Source of the DNA: Paraspadella gotoi | Lineage: Eukaryota > Animalia > Chaetognatha | Length of the DNA stretch: 64,000 nt | Direction of reading: 5' to 3' | Assembly (NCBI GenBank): GCA_051294375.1 | Contig: CM119271.1 | Span: 12,701,039 to 12,765,038 of the forward strand | In this document: in pieces, positions 51,501-63,979 of the stretch | How positions within the stretch are numbered: position 1 is the first letter of the stretch | Layout: every line of letters starts with the position of its first letter | Made by a program: the position numbers and the translations under genes | The notes under the pieces: model-generated | What the model was told of the DNA's origin: nothing | Database searches by the model: none | Seen by the model: the letters and a program-made list of their open reading frames with translations, nothing else

Positions 51501-53297
51501 TTAAATGTACGGACAATTATTACATTGGTTGTAACAATTCTACTTCCCCCCCCCTCAACCTGTCGGTGACGTCCTTCTTCCATCCTTTAAGGTCGAGCGA
51601 TCCGACGGGCATCTTGACTTCGTCGGCGAGGATGTCCTTCATTCGCCCCACGGAGTCGCCGTCGCTGATGACGAGAGGAATCGTTCGATCTCTGTAGTCG
51701 ACCGAGAAGTTGAGGAATCGGGATCGAATTTGGGAGGGGCCTGGGGGAGAAAAGGGGGGGTTGGATTTCTGATTTGATCTTTCTTTGTCTTCGTCTATCT
51801 TTGTCTTTCCTCCATCTCTATGCTTCCTACCGGCTTCGTCAAAGTCGTAGGCGAGATTTCTCCACCGCGGTTCTTGCGTGGAAACCGATGTGGAGGCCGT
51901 ACTCTTTTTCGGACTATGGTTCGACCCTGCGTCAGACAGAGAGAGAGAGAGAGAGAATGGACATTAAAGAAAAAATCATTAGATCTTGGACAACGACAAC
52001 CTTTTCTTGGACAACGACAACCTTTTCTCTCACTCGGTTCGATCCACTCACCTGTCGGCGGCGTGAATCCCACGGCGATGGGATTGTCGAAGCTGCCGCT
52101 GCCGCTGTTGGGCAGCGAACGCGGCGGAGGCGGCGGCGCTGCATTTGTCAAATCACATTTTAAAACTCAACAGGGTCATGAAAAGAAAGGGAGTGCCTCA
52201 GTAGACAACAACAACGACGAAGAGTCGATCACTGACCCATTTATTGTTATTTTTCCGATTCGTTATCGTCATTGATTTGATGCCTTTTCTCTTTTTATCC
52301 AACTCACCCGCTCCGGATTCCGAGGGTAAGGCTTGCGAACCGAGGTGAGGCATAACGGCGTTGATGGAATCGAGGAGATTCCATTGATTCGCCTCCAAAA
52401 CTTGGATCGCGGATTCGATATCCTCGATCCCGGTGCACGCCTGGCAAGTTGACAAATATACAGTGTCCGGAAGCAAAACTTATATTTCTATTTAAATGGC
52501 AAGAGATTTTTAAATATTTTATAAAAATCATCGTAAAAGAGCTAAAATGAAAGCTTAGTGTTTATTCTATCATTGACCCAAATATTATTAACTTAAATTG
52601 CAAGATTTCCAATAAACCATAGTTAAGTTGTGAACGAAAATTTGTGAAGACTTTTTCACGAAGATGTACGCACTTTCCCCCTTCATGGAGAGACCGTAAA
52701 ATCTCAGAATGACGTTTGGTTTATATTTAATACAAACTTCATTGATATCCTTCAAAGGGTTCAGGAGATATGCGTTTATTTGTAAGGATAATAAAATTTT
52801 TATAAGTTTTGCTTCCGAACCCTCTAAACAAAACTATTGTATTGTATTTTGATGCTAGTGCGGAGTACAATATAGTATTCCCTGATCTATTACTCAAGGG
52901 AGTGGTCATTTTATACAATTGAAAAATTCTTTGAAATATTATACGACTCCATTGGTGTATGAGAGTCTTGATTGAAAGTGAGCACTGAGCAGGGTCCTGC
53001 TATATGATATATATCATTATCTTGTAAGAGTGATGGAGACCTTAAACCACCATGGCAAGATGGCTTATTTATTAAATGAAAGAATAATTTTAATTTAATA
53101 TGTATATATTGTGCCGTGCCGCAAACTGCCCGAGATCTATGCCAGAGACTGTGCCAGAAAAGTGAAACGGAATGTTTGTCTATCACGCCGCCAAATACAA
53201 AATAGACTCAATTCATAAATATATATTCTTAATATGTATTTCTAACATTTCTCACCTGAAAGTCCATGAGAACGTTATCGCGGTCGGTGTCCGCCAT
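47376..53297 (-). CDS. FAF1: FAS-associated factor 1 (UBA-UBL-UAS-UBX p97 cofactor)
   Basis: MADTDRDNVLMDFQ|ACTGIEDIESAIQVLEANQWNLLDSINAVMP; FISRYGGEVHPVFFIGSL; C-terminal FPIEEYKILSSWPRRDLS...LCPQETLFLEER*. Confidence 0.93.
48642..48959. repeat. ~46-bp minisatellite, 7 copies, in FAF1 intron
   Basis: Unit ttattttaactgtgaccctgaccaccttcattccctcaccaccccc. Confidence 0.95.
52461..52824. mobile_element. Tc1/mariner-type MITE in FAF1 intron 1
   Basis: TIRs CAGTGTCCGGAAGCAAAACTTATA / TATAAGTTTTGCTTCCGAACCCTC, flanked by TA on both sides. Confidence 0.8.
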
Positions 53298-53627
53298 AAT
53301 TGCTATTTATTTATATCCGCGGGATTTTTAAGTCATTAAATATCACATTTCTGAGTCAAATATAAAAAACAAACTAGAAACTTGAAGGAAATTGTTTTTT
53401 TATTTTGTATTGGTCGAGTAAAAAAAACAGATTCAAAAAGTATATTTTTGTTTTTATCAAAAGGGACAGAATGTAGTTGTAAACGTATGAGTTAATGCAC
53501 CCGAAATAATTTCTTTTTATTTTCTGCGCAATGTTTAGAACATGATAAATAGAAAAATATCACAGATATTCCATTTCGTAAAACGTGAGTGACAAAAAAC
53601 CGCCCAAAAAAACAACGAATTTTTCGA

Positions 53628-56432
53628 TCACAGCTCAATTAGATGAAAGTCGCAAGAAAACTCGGTCGATATAGTAAGAAGGGCTTTAATTAACCGTTTG
53701 ACTCGCGGTTCGCAGCAAGTGGGCTTAACGCCGAGGGAGAACGTCGTCAAGGCAACGAATTGTTTTAAGCAGTTGGCGATGATTGGGATAGAATCTGGAG
53801 GAGAGAGAAACCGAAAGATAGAGACGAGCATCGACGACGTATTCCACATTTTTCCCCCCCAACCTCGCGCTCCTCACCTTCTTTGGCTTCTTCGCATTCG
53901 GTAAAGAGCATCGTGTACTCGGCCAAGAACAACTTTTTCAATCGATGCCCGTAGTGAAGACTCAAGACTCGAAGCACGGACTCTCCCGGGACGTCCATCT
54001 CCAAGGATTCCAAATAAGGGAAAGCGAGGCAATCGATGTCCATGCCGAATTCGGCGATCTCCGATTCCTCGTCGCGAAGGAAGAGATGGCGCCAATCGGA
54101 CGGGAGGAGACCCTCCACGCATCGAAGGCCCAAGTGGCGGAGGTGGACGAAAGTGTGGAGGAAATGCAGGCAGGAATTGGTGAGGAGGCAGTGCTTGACG
54201 TGGAAGCTTTTCGTGTTGGCTCCGTGGGTCGCGGCGAAGGACGTGAGGCCTTTCAAAAAAAGAACGACGGATACCGATTATCATTGGATCTTTTCTTTTA
54301 ATAGTTTTTTTTAAATTTAATTAAAAGGTAAATGGAGGAACAGCAGTTGCAAGGCGATGCGCCGCACGATAATTACAAATATAATTATGAATATTAAGTA
54401 AAATAATCAAATTTTCATTTCGTTTAATTTTATCGAAATTTAAATGATCTCGTCATTTTACATTCCATAAGATGGAAACATTATGAACATTCCATAACAA
54501 ATTTACACGACTATATTAACCCAGTATCACCCGAATATATATATATCTAAAACGTAAACAAGACGGACTAATAAACAGACTGACCGACCATAAAAAAAAA
54601 TTAGCAAGCGCTTACCGTCGATAGAGAATCTTCGGACGTAATGATAAGATGCGACATCGACTTTGAATTTCTTCAACTTTTTGTTGTTAGAACTGATTTG
54701 AGTGAGAATAGAGTTGATCTCGACGCGATTGTGAGGCGCGCAATCGTTTCTATCGCGTAGAGGAAAAAAAAACAAGAAGTTTGTTGAAGCGTAACGAAAA
54801 TTAGGTAAAAGGTGAATAACGCGAATATAGTTACTTCATTGGACCCGATTGATAAAATCCAAATTCTTCCAAGTCCTCGAGCTTCGTGAGAGTTGATTTT
54901 ATGCATTCTGCGAATAAAGGACAGTAATTTTAATATAAAAATTTTTATTTATAACTATTATTTTGTTAATTTATTTCGGATAAATTAAGAAAAAGACAAA
55001 GTTCATCTAGGATTCGGTCTAACGATCTCCATCGAGTATAAACAACGAAACGGAATTTTAAAACCTCCGCATAAACCAATAGTTTACGGCTTTAGCGACA
55101 TTTTAATCAATTCCAAGCCACCGATCGACCGACCGACCACTAGCCGCCACAATGACCTCTCAACACATCGTTCAGCTGGTGGAAAACTACCAAAGGGCCC
55201 GGGCCAACTTCGCCTTCGCAGTCTCCGATTTGACCACGCGACCGCAAAACGTCAAGCCGCTGATGGAGGTGGGCGTCATGACTCTGCTGCGTCCGCTGCT
55301 GCTCGACGTCGTGCCTTCGATCCAGCAGACGGCGGCGCTGGCTCTGGGCCGCCTGGCCAACCATTCTGGACCCGTGGCCGAAGAGCTCGTCCGCAGCGAC
55401 ATCTTGCCGCAGTTGGTCTACTCCCTGGCCGAGCAGAACAGGTTCTACAAGAAAGCGGCGGCGTTCGTTCTTCGCGCGGTGGCCAAGCATTCGCCGGAGA
55501 TGGCGCAGGCGGTGGTGGAATGCGGGGCGCTGGACGCCCTCGTCGTCTGCCTGGAAGAGTTCGACCCGGCCGTGAAAGAGGCGGCCGCGTGGGCGTTGGG
55601 ATACGTAGCGCGCCACAACGAAGAGTTGGCGCAGTTCGTGGTCGACTCCGGCGCGGTTCCGCTTCTCGTACTCTGCGTTCAGGAACCGGAAATCTCGCTC
55701 AAGTGCGTCGCGACTTCGGCGTTGAGCGACGTCGCCAAGCACACGGCGGAATTGGCGCAGACGGTCGTCGACGCGGGGACCATCTCCGTGCTTTCGCAGG
55801 TTCGAGGAGCCAACCGCGCGCAAAGGATAAAAAAAAACCCTTTTCTCATGTCCCTCTCATCTCTAGTAGATGTTGGATTTGACGGACAGCAAGTTAAAGC
55901 GGCAGATATTTTCTGCGCTGAGTCAAATCGCCAAGCATTCCGTGGATCTGGCGGAGATGGTCGTGGAGAGCGAGATATATCCATCTTGTCTCATATCTCT
56001 CCGCGACACCGACGAATTCGTGAGGAAGAATTGCGCTACTCTCGCGCGGTAATTATAATAATATCAATAGTATTATATATTATATTATTAATATATTATT
56101 ATTATTATAGTATTATATTACTATAAACAAACAATTTAAAAATAAATATCTTCAATGAACAGCGAAATAGCCAAGCACACGCCTGAACTCGCCCAGCTGC
56201 TCGTCAACGCGGGCGCCGTCGCCGCCATCGTCGACTACCTCGGCGACGCCTCCGGGACGATTCGTTTGCCCGGAATCATGGCACTGGGCTACGTCGCCGC
56301 GCATTCGGATAACCTGGCCATGACCGTCATCGTGTCCAAGGGCGTCGTTCAATTGGCCATTTGTTTGGGTAACAAAAAAAAGTTTTGAGACCACTCAATG
56401 TCAATTTTCAAAAATTATTTATAATTAATTTG

Positions 56433-56476
<44 letters not shown>

Positions 56477-58465
56477 TTCGCTTGCATATAATAAGAAAGA
56501 GCCGTGGCAAATCTAGCGCGAGAAACCGCCATTGTTTAGATAATCATTATTTAAAACCCCGCCACTTTCACAGAGGAAGAAAACGAGGATTACATTTTAG
56601 CTGCCACAGTTTGGGCTTTGGGTCAAATCGGGCGACACACTCCGGAGCACGCCAAGGCGGTAGCGATCGCCAACACTTTTCCCAAGATGCTTGATTGTTA
56701 TCTCAATCAAGGTTGGACTGATTCAAGTCTGATCCTCTGATATATATATATATATATATATCCACAATATAAATTGGTCGTGTCAAAATCATTCATTAAA
56801 TTTAACATTACCAAATATATTTAATCTTTGCCCGTCTCTCCCACAAAAAAAACAAAACAAAAAAAAAAAACGACAGACGCCTCTGAAGATCTCCGCGTCA
56901 AGTCAAAGCGCGGACTCAAAAACGTCCTGCAGAAATGCGTTCAACTGCAAGCGTTGGAGCCTTTGCTGCACATTGCGCCGCCGGAGATACTCAAACATAT
57001 CGTCGCTCAATTCGCCAAGGTCGGAATAAAATATATCTGTTTTGTACGAAGACAAAGATCCTCAAATCAATGGAAGTGATGTAAAAGCCAAAGCAGTCAA
57101 CCCGCCCCCCTCCCCCCTTTATAAAAATAGATTCTGCCTCACGATCCGAAGGCCAGACGCCTCTTCGTCACGACGGGAGGTTTGAGGCGAATCCAGGAGA
57201 TTCAGTACGAACCCGGATCCATGATGGAGGAATACATCAACGCCATCAACGGCTGCTTCCCCGAGGAAATCGTCAAGTATTACTCCCCCGGATATTCGGA
57301 CCAGCTGCTGGAGAAAGTGGAGCAGTATCAGCCTTTGGCGTGATTACCGAGTTTTCCTACAAGTTTATCTTTTTTTTTTTAAGATGCTCAAAAAGGTGTG
57401 TTTATGTTAATTGGTTTAATTAAAACGAACGGAATCAAGGCTCACATTAGGTTAGGACTCAAGACAGAATCGAACGAACGAAAGAGCTTACAATCGAATT
57501 TTATCTTGGATACTTCTATTTAGATAAAGATTAAAGAGGTTTTGTACAGTAGAATGACCATAACTAATATTTCAATCATTAGTTTACTCGAAAAAAAAAA
57601 TTCCAACCTGTATCGATGGTGTAAAATTTGCATTGCTCTTGGTGAATTTCAAGAGAGAGCAAGTGAGGTAGGGCGTCGCAAATATTCGTCAATTCCTGAT
57701 ATATAAAAAGAGTCAGGAATTAAGGATAACGAGTAAAAAGGAAATGAGGTGAGGGTCGTCAACCTGCTGGACAGAGTAAAACCTTCCTCCGCACAGATGA
57801 ACGCATAGTTTGGTCAACTTGGGAAGATCCTTCTTGATTCTGGCGCAGAGAGACTTGGTGACCCGTAATCCCGAGAGAATCGTGAGTTTTTTGGCGCGAG
57901 GAAACCGTTTGAAAATCTGTGAAGAGACGAGAAGTAGAGAAAGATTATTGATTTAATTATAATTTTAAGACTTTTGATGAGCGGGGTTTTCCGTCAGTTG
58001 AAATAGAATCATGATTAATCAAAGCAATGAAATAACAATGAACTGTATTGTTCGTGAACAAATATTGTTTATATTTTTAAACAGTTTTACAAAAGGCGAA
58101 TAAGAACGACGAATCACGACGAGAGTTTATGTCCAACACTTTTAGATAATTGATTTGGATAAAATTTAAGATAAATTGTAAAATAATCTCAACCTGGTGA
58201 AAGGAGACTCCCGACGTCAAACAGTTGGGACCGATTTGCACGGAAGGCCACAACGAAGCTTCGGAAGCAACTTGAGAAAACGATGAGCAAACCTGAAATG
58301 AAAAACAACAAGGGGGGGGGGATATAATATGATATAATTTGCGTCAAAGTAATTTCATCGGGAAAAACTCACTTGTTTTACGTTGGTGAGATCCTTCTGA
58401 TCCAGATTCTCGAAAATTTTCTTGAGAACTTCCCAGGGCAACAGGGAAAAGTTAAAGTCGACCAT
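53628..58465 (-). CDS. F-box/LRR-type protein, ~8 exons (58465-58373, ~58292-58194, ~57917-57764, ~57700-57608, ~54907-54834, ~54750-54615, ~54256-53878, ~53792-53628)
   Basis: MVDFNFSLLPWEVLKKIFENLDQKDLTNVKQ|VCSSFSQVASEASLW (F-box) followed by LRR-like segments LPKLTKLCVH, LPHLLSLEI, LEDLEEF, LRHLGL, FPYLESLEM. Confidence 0.75.
55152..57343 (+). CDS. SPAG6: Sperm-associated antigen 6 (PF16, armadillo-repeat central-pair axonemal protein); exons 55152-55799, 55870-56048, ~56164-56368, ~56574-56711, ~56877-57019, 57131-57343
   Basis: LRPLLLDVVPSIQQTAALALGRLAN, EQNRFYKKAAAFVLRAVAKHSPE, LEEFDPAVKEAAAWALGY, C-terminal FPEEIVKYYSPGYSDQLLEKVEQYQP. Confidence 0.95.
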
Positions 58466-58757
58466 TCTTTTCTCTTTTTTTTTTCTCTCTCTCTCTCTTA
58501 CCGCCTAAGGCAAAAAAAACAAACAAAAAAACCGCCTCGGTTTAAAAAAAAAGTAAAAAACCCGGATGTATGTGTAAAAGGTGAGAGAAAAGATCCAAAT
58601 TGAGATAAAACACAACGCAATATAATAAAAGCAAATGCAAGTTTCCCGTGGGTGCGAGACAATAAAACATTCATTAGCGTGGGCACGCACACGTAGCCAT
58701 ATCGCGCGCGCGCAAAGTTCTTTATATTTATTTTATTAATTTTGGCACGAAAGAGAC

Positions 58758-58858
58758 GAGCGAGTGGGCGGATCTCAAAGAGAGGAGCGAGTGGGCGGAT
58801 CTCAAAGAGAGGAGCGAGTGGGCGGATCTCAAAGAGAGGAGCGAGTGGGCGGATCTCC
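58758..58858. repeat. 27-bp tandem repeat x4 in BRK1 3' UTR
   Basis: gagcgagtgggcggatctcaaagagag repeated nearly perfectly. Confidence 0.95.
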
Positions 58859-58875
58859 AAGGCCTCCCGTCGACG

Positions 58876-59286
58876 TCATTGCAGAGTTTCTCCTTTGGTG
58901 ACTCTGGCTTCGATGTACTCGATCCGTCTCTCCATCGCAGTCAACTTCTCGTTGAGGAGAGCGAGACGCGAGCGGCAGGATAAGTCGAAGGCGTTGAGGA
59001 AATCGGTGATGCGTTTGATGCTGAGAATCGTTATCGAGCAATCGTTATCAAGCAATCGTTATCAAGCAATCGACAATTCGTCATCGATCAATCATCAAAG
59101 ACCAATCTTAATCAATCATTCGTGGAAAATCATCAATCATTGATTAATCAATGGATCAATCGATCATCTCTCACCTCGAGGTGATGACTTGAATGTATTG
59201 CGATTGGCCCAATCTTGTTGTATTTGTCTTTGTATTTTATTTTCGACGCCGCTCGGTCGGGAACGGGCGGACCGAGAATACTCCAT
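58876..59286 (-). CDS. BRK1: BRICK1/HSPC300, WAVE complex subunit (2 exons; 1-nt deletion near 59200)
   Basis: [12 protein letters not shown](E)YIQVITS|[48 protein letters not shown]. Confidence 0.93.
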
Positions 59287-60007
59287 TCTTAATTTATTTT
59301 TAGCTCTTGTGGGGGAAAACCGAGTTAGACGATACGGAAAAAAAAAACGAAGAATGACAATAATTAACTTAATTATATATATGTTAACATTAAGATAAAA
59401 GAGCAAACAGTTGCCAAGCCCCGAAAATTTCTGACCTTTGAACGTCGCTAAAAAAATAATTTTAATATTAAACAAATGAGACTTTTTTTTATCAATAATT
59501 CTAAGAATTATAATTTCGAATTCAAAAGCTAGACAAACTAAAATGAAATTAAAAAAATGGAAATGACACTCCTATGACGTCGAAATATTATTAGGGTTTA
59601 CTATTACCAATACTAACAAAAAAGTTACGCCGCCAGAAAAACTGGCAAAGAAATTCAGACAAACAAAACTGAACAAAATTTTTAACTAAGAACTCGTGAT
59701 CTAACACTACGTTTTTAAATCGTGCTATAACAAACACTAAAAAATACATAGTGTAAAAATGATAATACATTCAAGTGAAGAACGAATAAATTATTAAACA
59801 TCTTCGTGCTCATGCAAAATACTTGTAAATCAGTCTTCTCAGATCAAAACATCCGAGTCGCTAGAGTTTTATACTCATGTATACAATACATTGTATACTA
59901 TACTTTATGTAGTAACCATAAAAATAAGTTAATTTCAAAAAAAACAAACTTCATAACACTTTTTTCTCTTCGAACATTTTATTTTTATCTTTGTATCCAC
60001 CCGAACC

Positions 60008-61448
60008 TCATTTACTCTTGGTAGTTTTGAAAGAAACTTGAAGCGGCTTGTAGTTATTCTTGGAATAGGGTTGCCCGTTCAAACCCTGAATGGCCTCCAA
60101 GGCGGAGGCGTAATCGGAGAAGGTGACGAAGCCGAAGCCTTTCGACGTCTCCGTCTTGACGTCGCGTTGGACGTTGACATAGGAGACGGGGCCGAAGGGC
60201 GAGCAGAGGGCGTAGAGGTCGATCTCCGTCGCCTCCGCCCCCAAATTGTAGACGAAGAGTTTGTATTCTCCTTCGAGCGTCTCGTCCCTTCGTCCGGACG
60301 TCCGTCCGCCGAAAGGCGAAGCCGAGTAGCCGGAAAGAAGCGGCCCTCTGCCGGGAGAGGAAGCGGCGACGCCGAGAAGAGACGAGGGGCTGGACGAGTG
60401 GGGCGTGGCGAGCAAAGGAGCGCCGCCGCCGCCGCTTTCGTTTTTGACAGTTTTAAAAGAGACTTGCAAGGGTTTGTAATTGTTCTTCTCGTATCGGTGA
60501 CCGTCGAGGGCGGCGACGGCGCGCGCCGCCGATTCTCCGTCGCTAAACGTAACGAAGGCGTAACCTTTGGACGTTTTGTCCTTGTTTCGCGGGACGTCGA
60601 CTTTGACGATGGCGCCGTAGCGACCGAAAAGTGAATAGACGTCCAGTTCCGTGGCGACGCCTCCGATTTGATAGACAAATACTTTACAGGCGTCCATAGC
60701 TGATCCTCCCATCGCCGCTCCGCCCATTCCACCGATCATGGGTCCGCCAGAGGCGTGGACCGGGTTGAACCTATGACTCTTGCCGGAAACGGCGTTGCGT
60801 ATGGGTCCGCCGGTCGGACGCGCGGCTCCACCCATCGGCTGTCCGGCGCCGAGAAGGCCTCCGCCTCCGGCCAAGAACGCCGGCGGGCTGCCGAGGATTC
60901 CTTCGAAGGGATTAATCTTGGGCGTCTTGGATGCGTTGAAGGCGACGGGGATTCGACTCAACGACCTCTTCCTCTCTTCTCTCTTCTTCTCTTCCTCCAA
61001 AACTTTCTCTTGCTCTTTCTTGACGGGATCGTCCTCCGGATTCTCCGGGATGACGAGGAGCTTCTTCGCCTCTTCGATGGCCTTCTTCAGGCGCAGCGTG
61101 GCCCGAGAGGGCTCGTCGACCGCCTCGATGACAAGCTGGAGCGGGCGGGCCGAGTTCTCGCCCGTCTTGCTAACTCCTTTGCCCGTCAAGTTCATTTTGC
61201 AGCCCGTCTTGTCTCGGAGGCCCTGGAGGGTTTTGCCTTTCGGGCCGAGGATTCGTCCGATCCAGTTGCGGTCGTTGCCTTCCGACGGGACGGGCAGCGT
61301 GCCAGTAAGGGTCACGTGTTCTTCGCCCGTGGCCTCGGGAAGATCCAACTGACGCTCGTAGATTTCTCTGAGGGCTTTCTCGTCCTCTTCCTTGAAAGGG
61401 ATGTCGTCTTCAGGGTCGTAAGTGCCTGGAAGGATGAAAATAAATAAG

Positions 61449-61499
<51 letters not shown>

Positions 61500-62635
61500 A
61501 ACCGATTAAACATCGCAAATCACGAACCCGATAGAATCCTTTGCAGCCTTAACTGCCGGCTCCTGACTTGGTCGACCTCCCCGGGTTTGGCCAGCGTCCA
61601 CAGCGTGGCGACGTCCCGCTTGACGCAGTCGATGCGGAGCCGCGCGCGAAGGGGCGTGTCTCGCGCCGTCACCGTCAGGTGCATGTCCTCTGTCAGTGGC
61701 AGAGATCTTTTGTTGGCGACGGGGACGTGTTTACCGAGGACTAAAGCGGGGGGGAGGTGGGGGGGGGGGGAGGGGGAAGGAGGAATCGTAAAGGCAATGT
61801 TTTAGGTAACGAGGCAAGAAAAATTAAAAGAAATTTATATTATATAAATGAACGAATAAATTAATACAAAGCGTAGGATTTGAAGGGAAAAGATAGGGGG
61901 AAAATCAACTGAGAGCAAAAAAAATGAAGCGATGCAAAAAAAAAGGGAAAAGGAAAAAAAAAACACAAAAACTGATAAACGACCACCTCCAACAACAACA
62001 ACAACATCCCAAATCCCCCCCAACCCAACCTTTGATCTTAGTCCCCGACACGCCCTCCAAGGCGAGTAGAACGAGTCCGTGCGGCCCGAAGATTCTTCCC
62101 ACCATGTTGACCGTCTTCCTGTCTTCCTCGGAGATTTCCGGCGGGTAGACGTCCTCCACGAGCTCCACCTCCTCCTCCTCGGGATCTCCATCGGGCAGCA
62201 CCAACTCCTCCGTCAAGAGATCTCCGATCAAATCCTTCTGTTGCGGAAGAGTTTTGGCCGCGTGCTCCAGAGCTTCGTTGACCAGGCTGGTGGAGAAGAG
62301 GAATTCGTTTTTGATGGAGTAGGGGGTTGATTCTACAGCAACATCGATTAAACGCACCGAACGAGATGAAAGGACTGAACGCCGTAGTTGCTGAGAGAGT
62401 TGGCCACTTGTTTGTCGTGCAGAAGCTGAGCGACGAGCTCCGCCCACGAGAGAGGGCGTTGATCGTCGGAGAGAGATTCAGAGAGGGAGGATTTGTCGCC
62501 GCCGCCGCCCGCGTCGCCGCCAATTTCGACGCCGCCGTCGCCGTCGCCGCCGGCGTCCCCGTTTCCGCCTTCTTCTCCGTAGAACTCGTCCATGGTCACG
62601 TCTTCGGAGTTTTCCTCGGCCGAGTTGGATTTCAT
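60008..62635 (-). CDS. RNA-binding protein: QUA1 + two STAR-type KH domains + two RRMs (exons 62635-~62030, ~61740-61529, ~61425-60008; frameshift near 62360)
   Basis: ELVAQLLHDKQ...VRLID (QUA1-like); NMVGRIFGPHG and NWIGRILGPKGKTL (STAR KH); RNP1 motifs KGYAFVTF and KGFGFVTF, each RRM ending KPLQVSFKT. Confidence 0.85.
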
Positions 62636-63001
62636 GGTGTTATTACAAACGGTTATATTTGACAGTGTATATATATCGTTTATCTTTTTTTATTTAGAAA
62701 CGGCGAAAATGTAGTTGGAAGAATGAAAAAGCGAAGTCAAAAGGGGGAAAAAAAAAGAGAAAGGGAGGAGAGATAGTTTGAAATTCTAAAAAGTAAAATG
62801 AAGCTATGATTAAACAATAAAAGTTACTTATGAAAAATCAAAAGCAAAGTTGGCAAAATTTATTTAAAAAATTTAGAAATTTACATCATCATGGAATAAA
62901 ATTTTAAAAGATACAAAATTTAAAATAAATATTTATGGAGAGTCGCAAGGATGGAACATTTCGATTTTATGGATCCTAGGCAAGTTAAAAAATTTTTTTA
63001 T

Positions 63002-63108
63002 TGCAAATTTATCAGCATTTTCAATACTGTCTAATGCAAATTTATCAGCAAATTTATCAGCAAATTTATCAGCAAATTTATCAGCATTTTCAATACTGTC
63101 TAATGCAG
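63002..63108. repeat. Compound repeat (12-bp gcaaatttatca units within a duplicated ~33-bp block)
   Basis: Direct inspection; source of the spurious ADKFADKF ORF. Confidence 0.85.
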
Positions 63109-63482
63109 TCCGCAAAATAGAAAATAAAATAAAAAAACCAAAAAAAGAGCAAATTGAAAAAGGCGCATTTAAAAGGGGCTCGTCAAATTCTTAAAATGGA
63201 TCAATTACATAATTTTACCAAACCTATTTGCTTAAAAAGTGAAAATGAAAACTTGAGCACATAGGCATTGTAATTAAAGCGTCTTTCCAAGTGGGAACAT
63301 AAAATATCGGTTCAACGAATCGAAAAAAGCTTAGCTAAATAAAACGACGGTAAAAGTCTGCAAAACAACGCAAGAAAAAATGATTTTTGAATAGTCAAAA
63401 AAAAATTTTGAAAGTCAAAAAAGGGTAAAAATGAAAAAGCTTGATTTACTTAAAAAAAAAAACAAGTCAAAGTTAAGCTGTA

Positions 63483-63886
63483 TTACTTCGGTTTGAGCAT
63501 TATTAACTGAAGATCCATGACGTTGGTTCCCGTGAGTCCTAAAAATAAATTGAGTCTCATTTCCTGTCCACTGACCCATTTTATCCACAGTTAGCAATTT
63601 TACCAGTTTTGATCAGACCGCCCGCGTTTTTAAGCCGAGAGAAAAACGTGTACGAGTCGTTGTTGTCTAAAAAGGACCTCGCCTCATCCAAAGTTAGACT
63701 GGAATATAATCAAAATACTAATTTGAAAATAAACAAAGCTGGCCCCCGTCAAACAATATCGCAGAAAACCATCATGTCTCCTTGTACCCGCAATTTCTTA
63801 TCGTATTGAAATCAACGACGGCTCCGGCAGCGTCGGTCGGTCCGTCTTGACCGTCAGTTCCAACGCTCAAAATCGAAACATCGAAG
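63483..63886 (-). CDS. GLYCTK: Glycerate kinase, last three exons (MOFRL domain); 5' part lies beyond the window
   Basis: FDVSILSVGTDGQDGPTDAAGAVVD | LDEARSFLDNNDSYTFFSRL...IKTG | LTGTNVMDLQLIMLKPK*. Confidence 0.9.
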
Positions 63887-63932
63887 CTAAAAACAAAAGA
63901 GTAAATCTCATCTCATATGCATGAAGCCTAAA

Positions 63933-63979
<47 letters not shown>

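Noticed and set aside
55140-55823. Long antisense ORFs over GC-rich exons (also 2472-3068, 34729-35400, 60038-61447)
   Set aside because: Shadow ORFs caused by GC-rich codon usage of the real genes; no recognisable motifs.
59190-59210. Programmed frameshifts or pseudogenisation in BRK1, CHMP4, F-box E and the KH-RRM gene
   Set aside because: Single-base indels are pervasive in this assembly, including in essential genes, and no slippery site or pseudoknot is evident.
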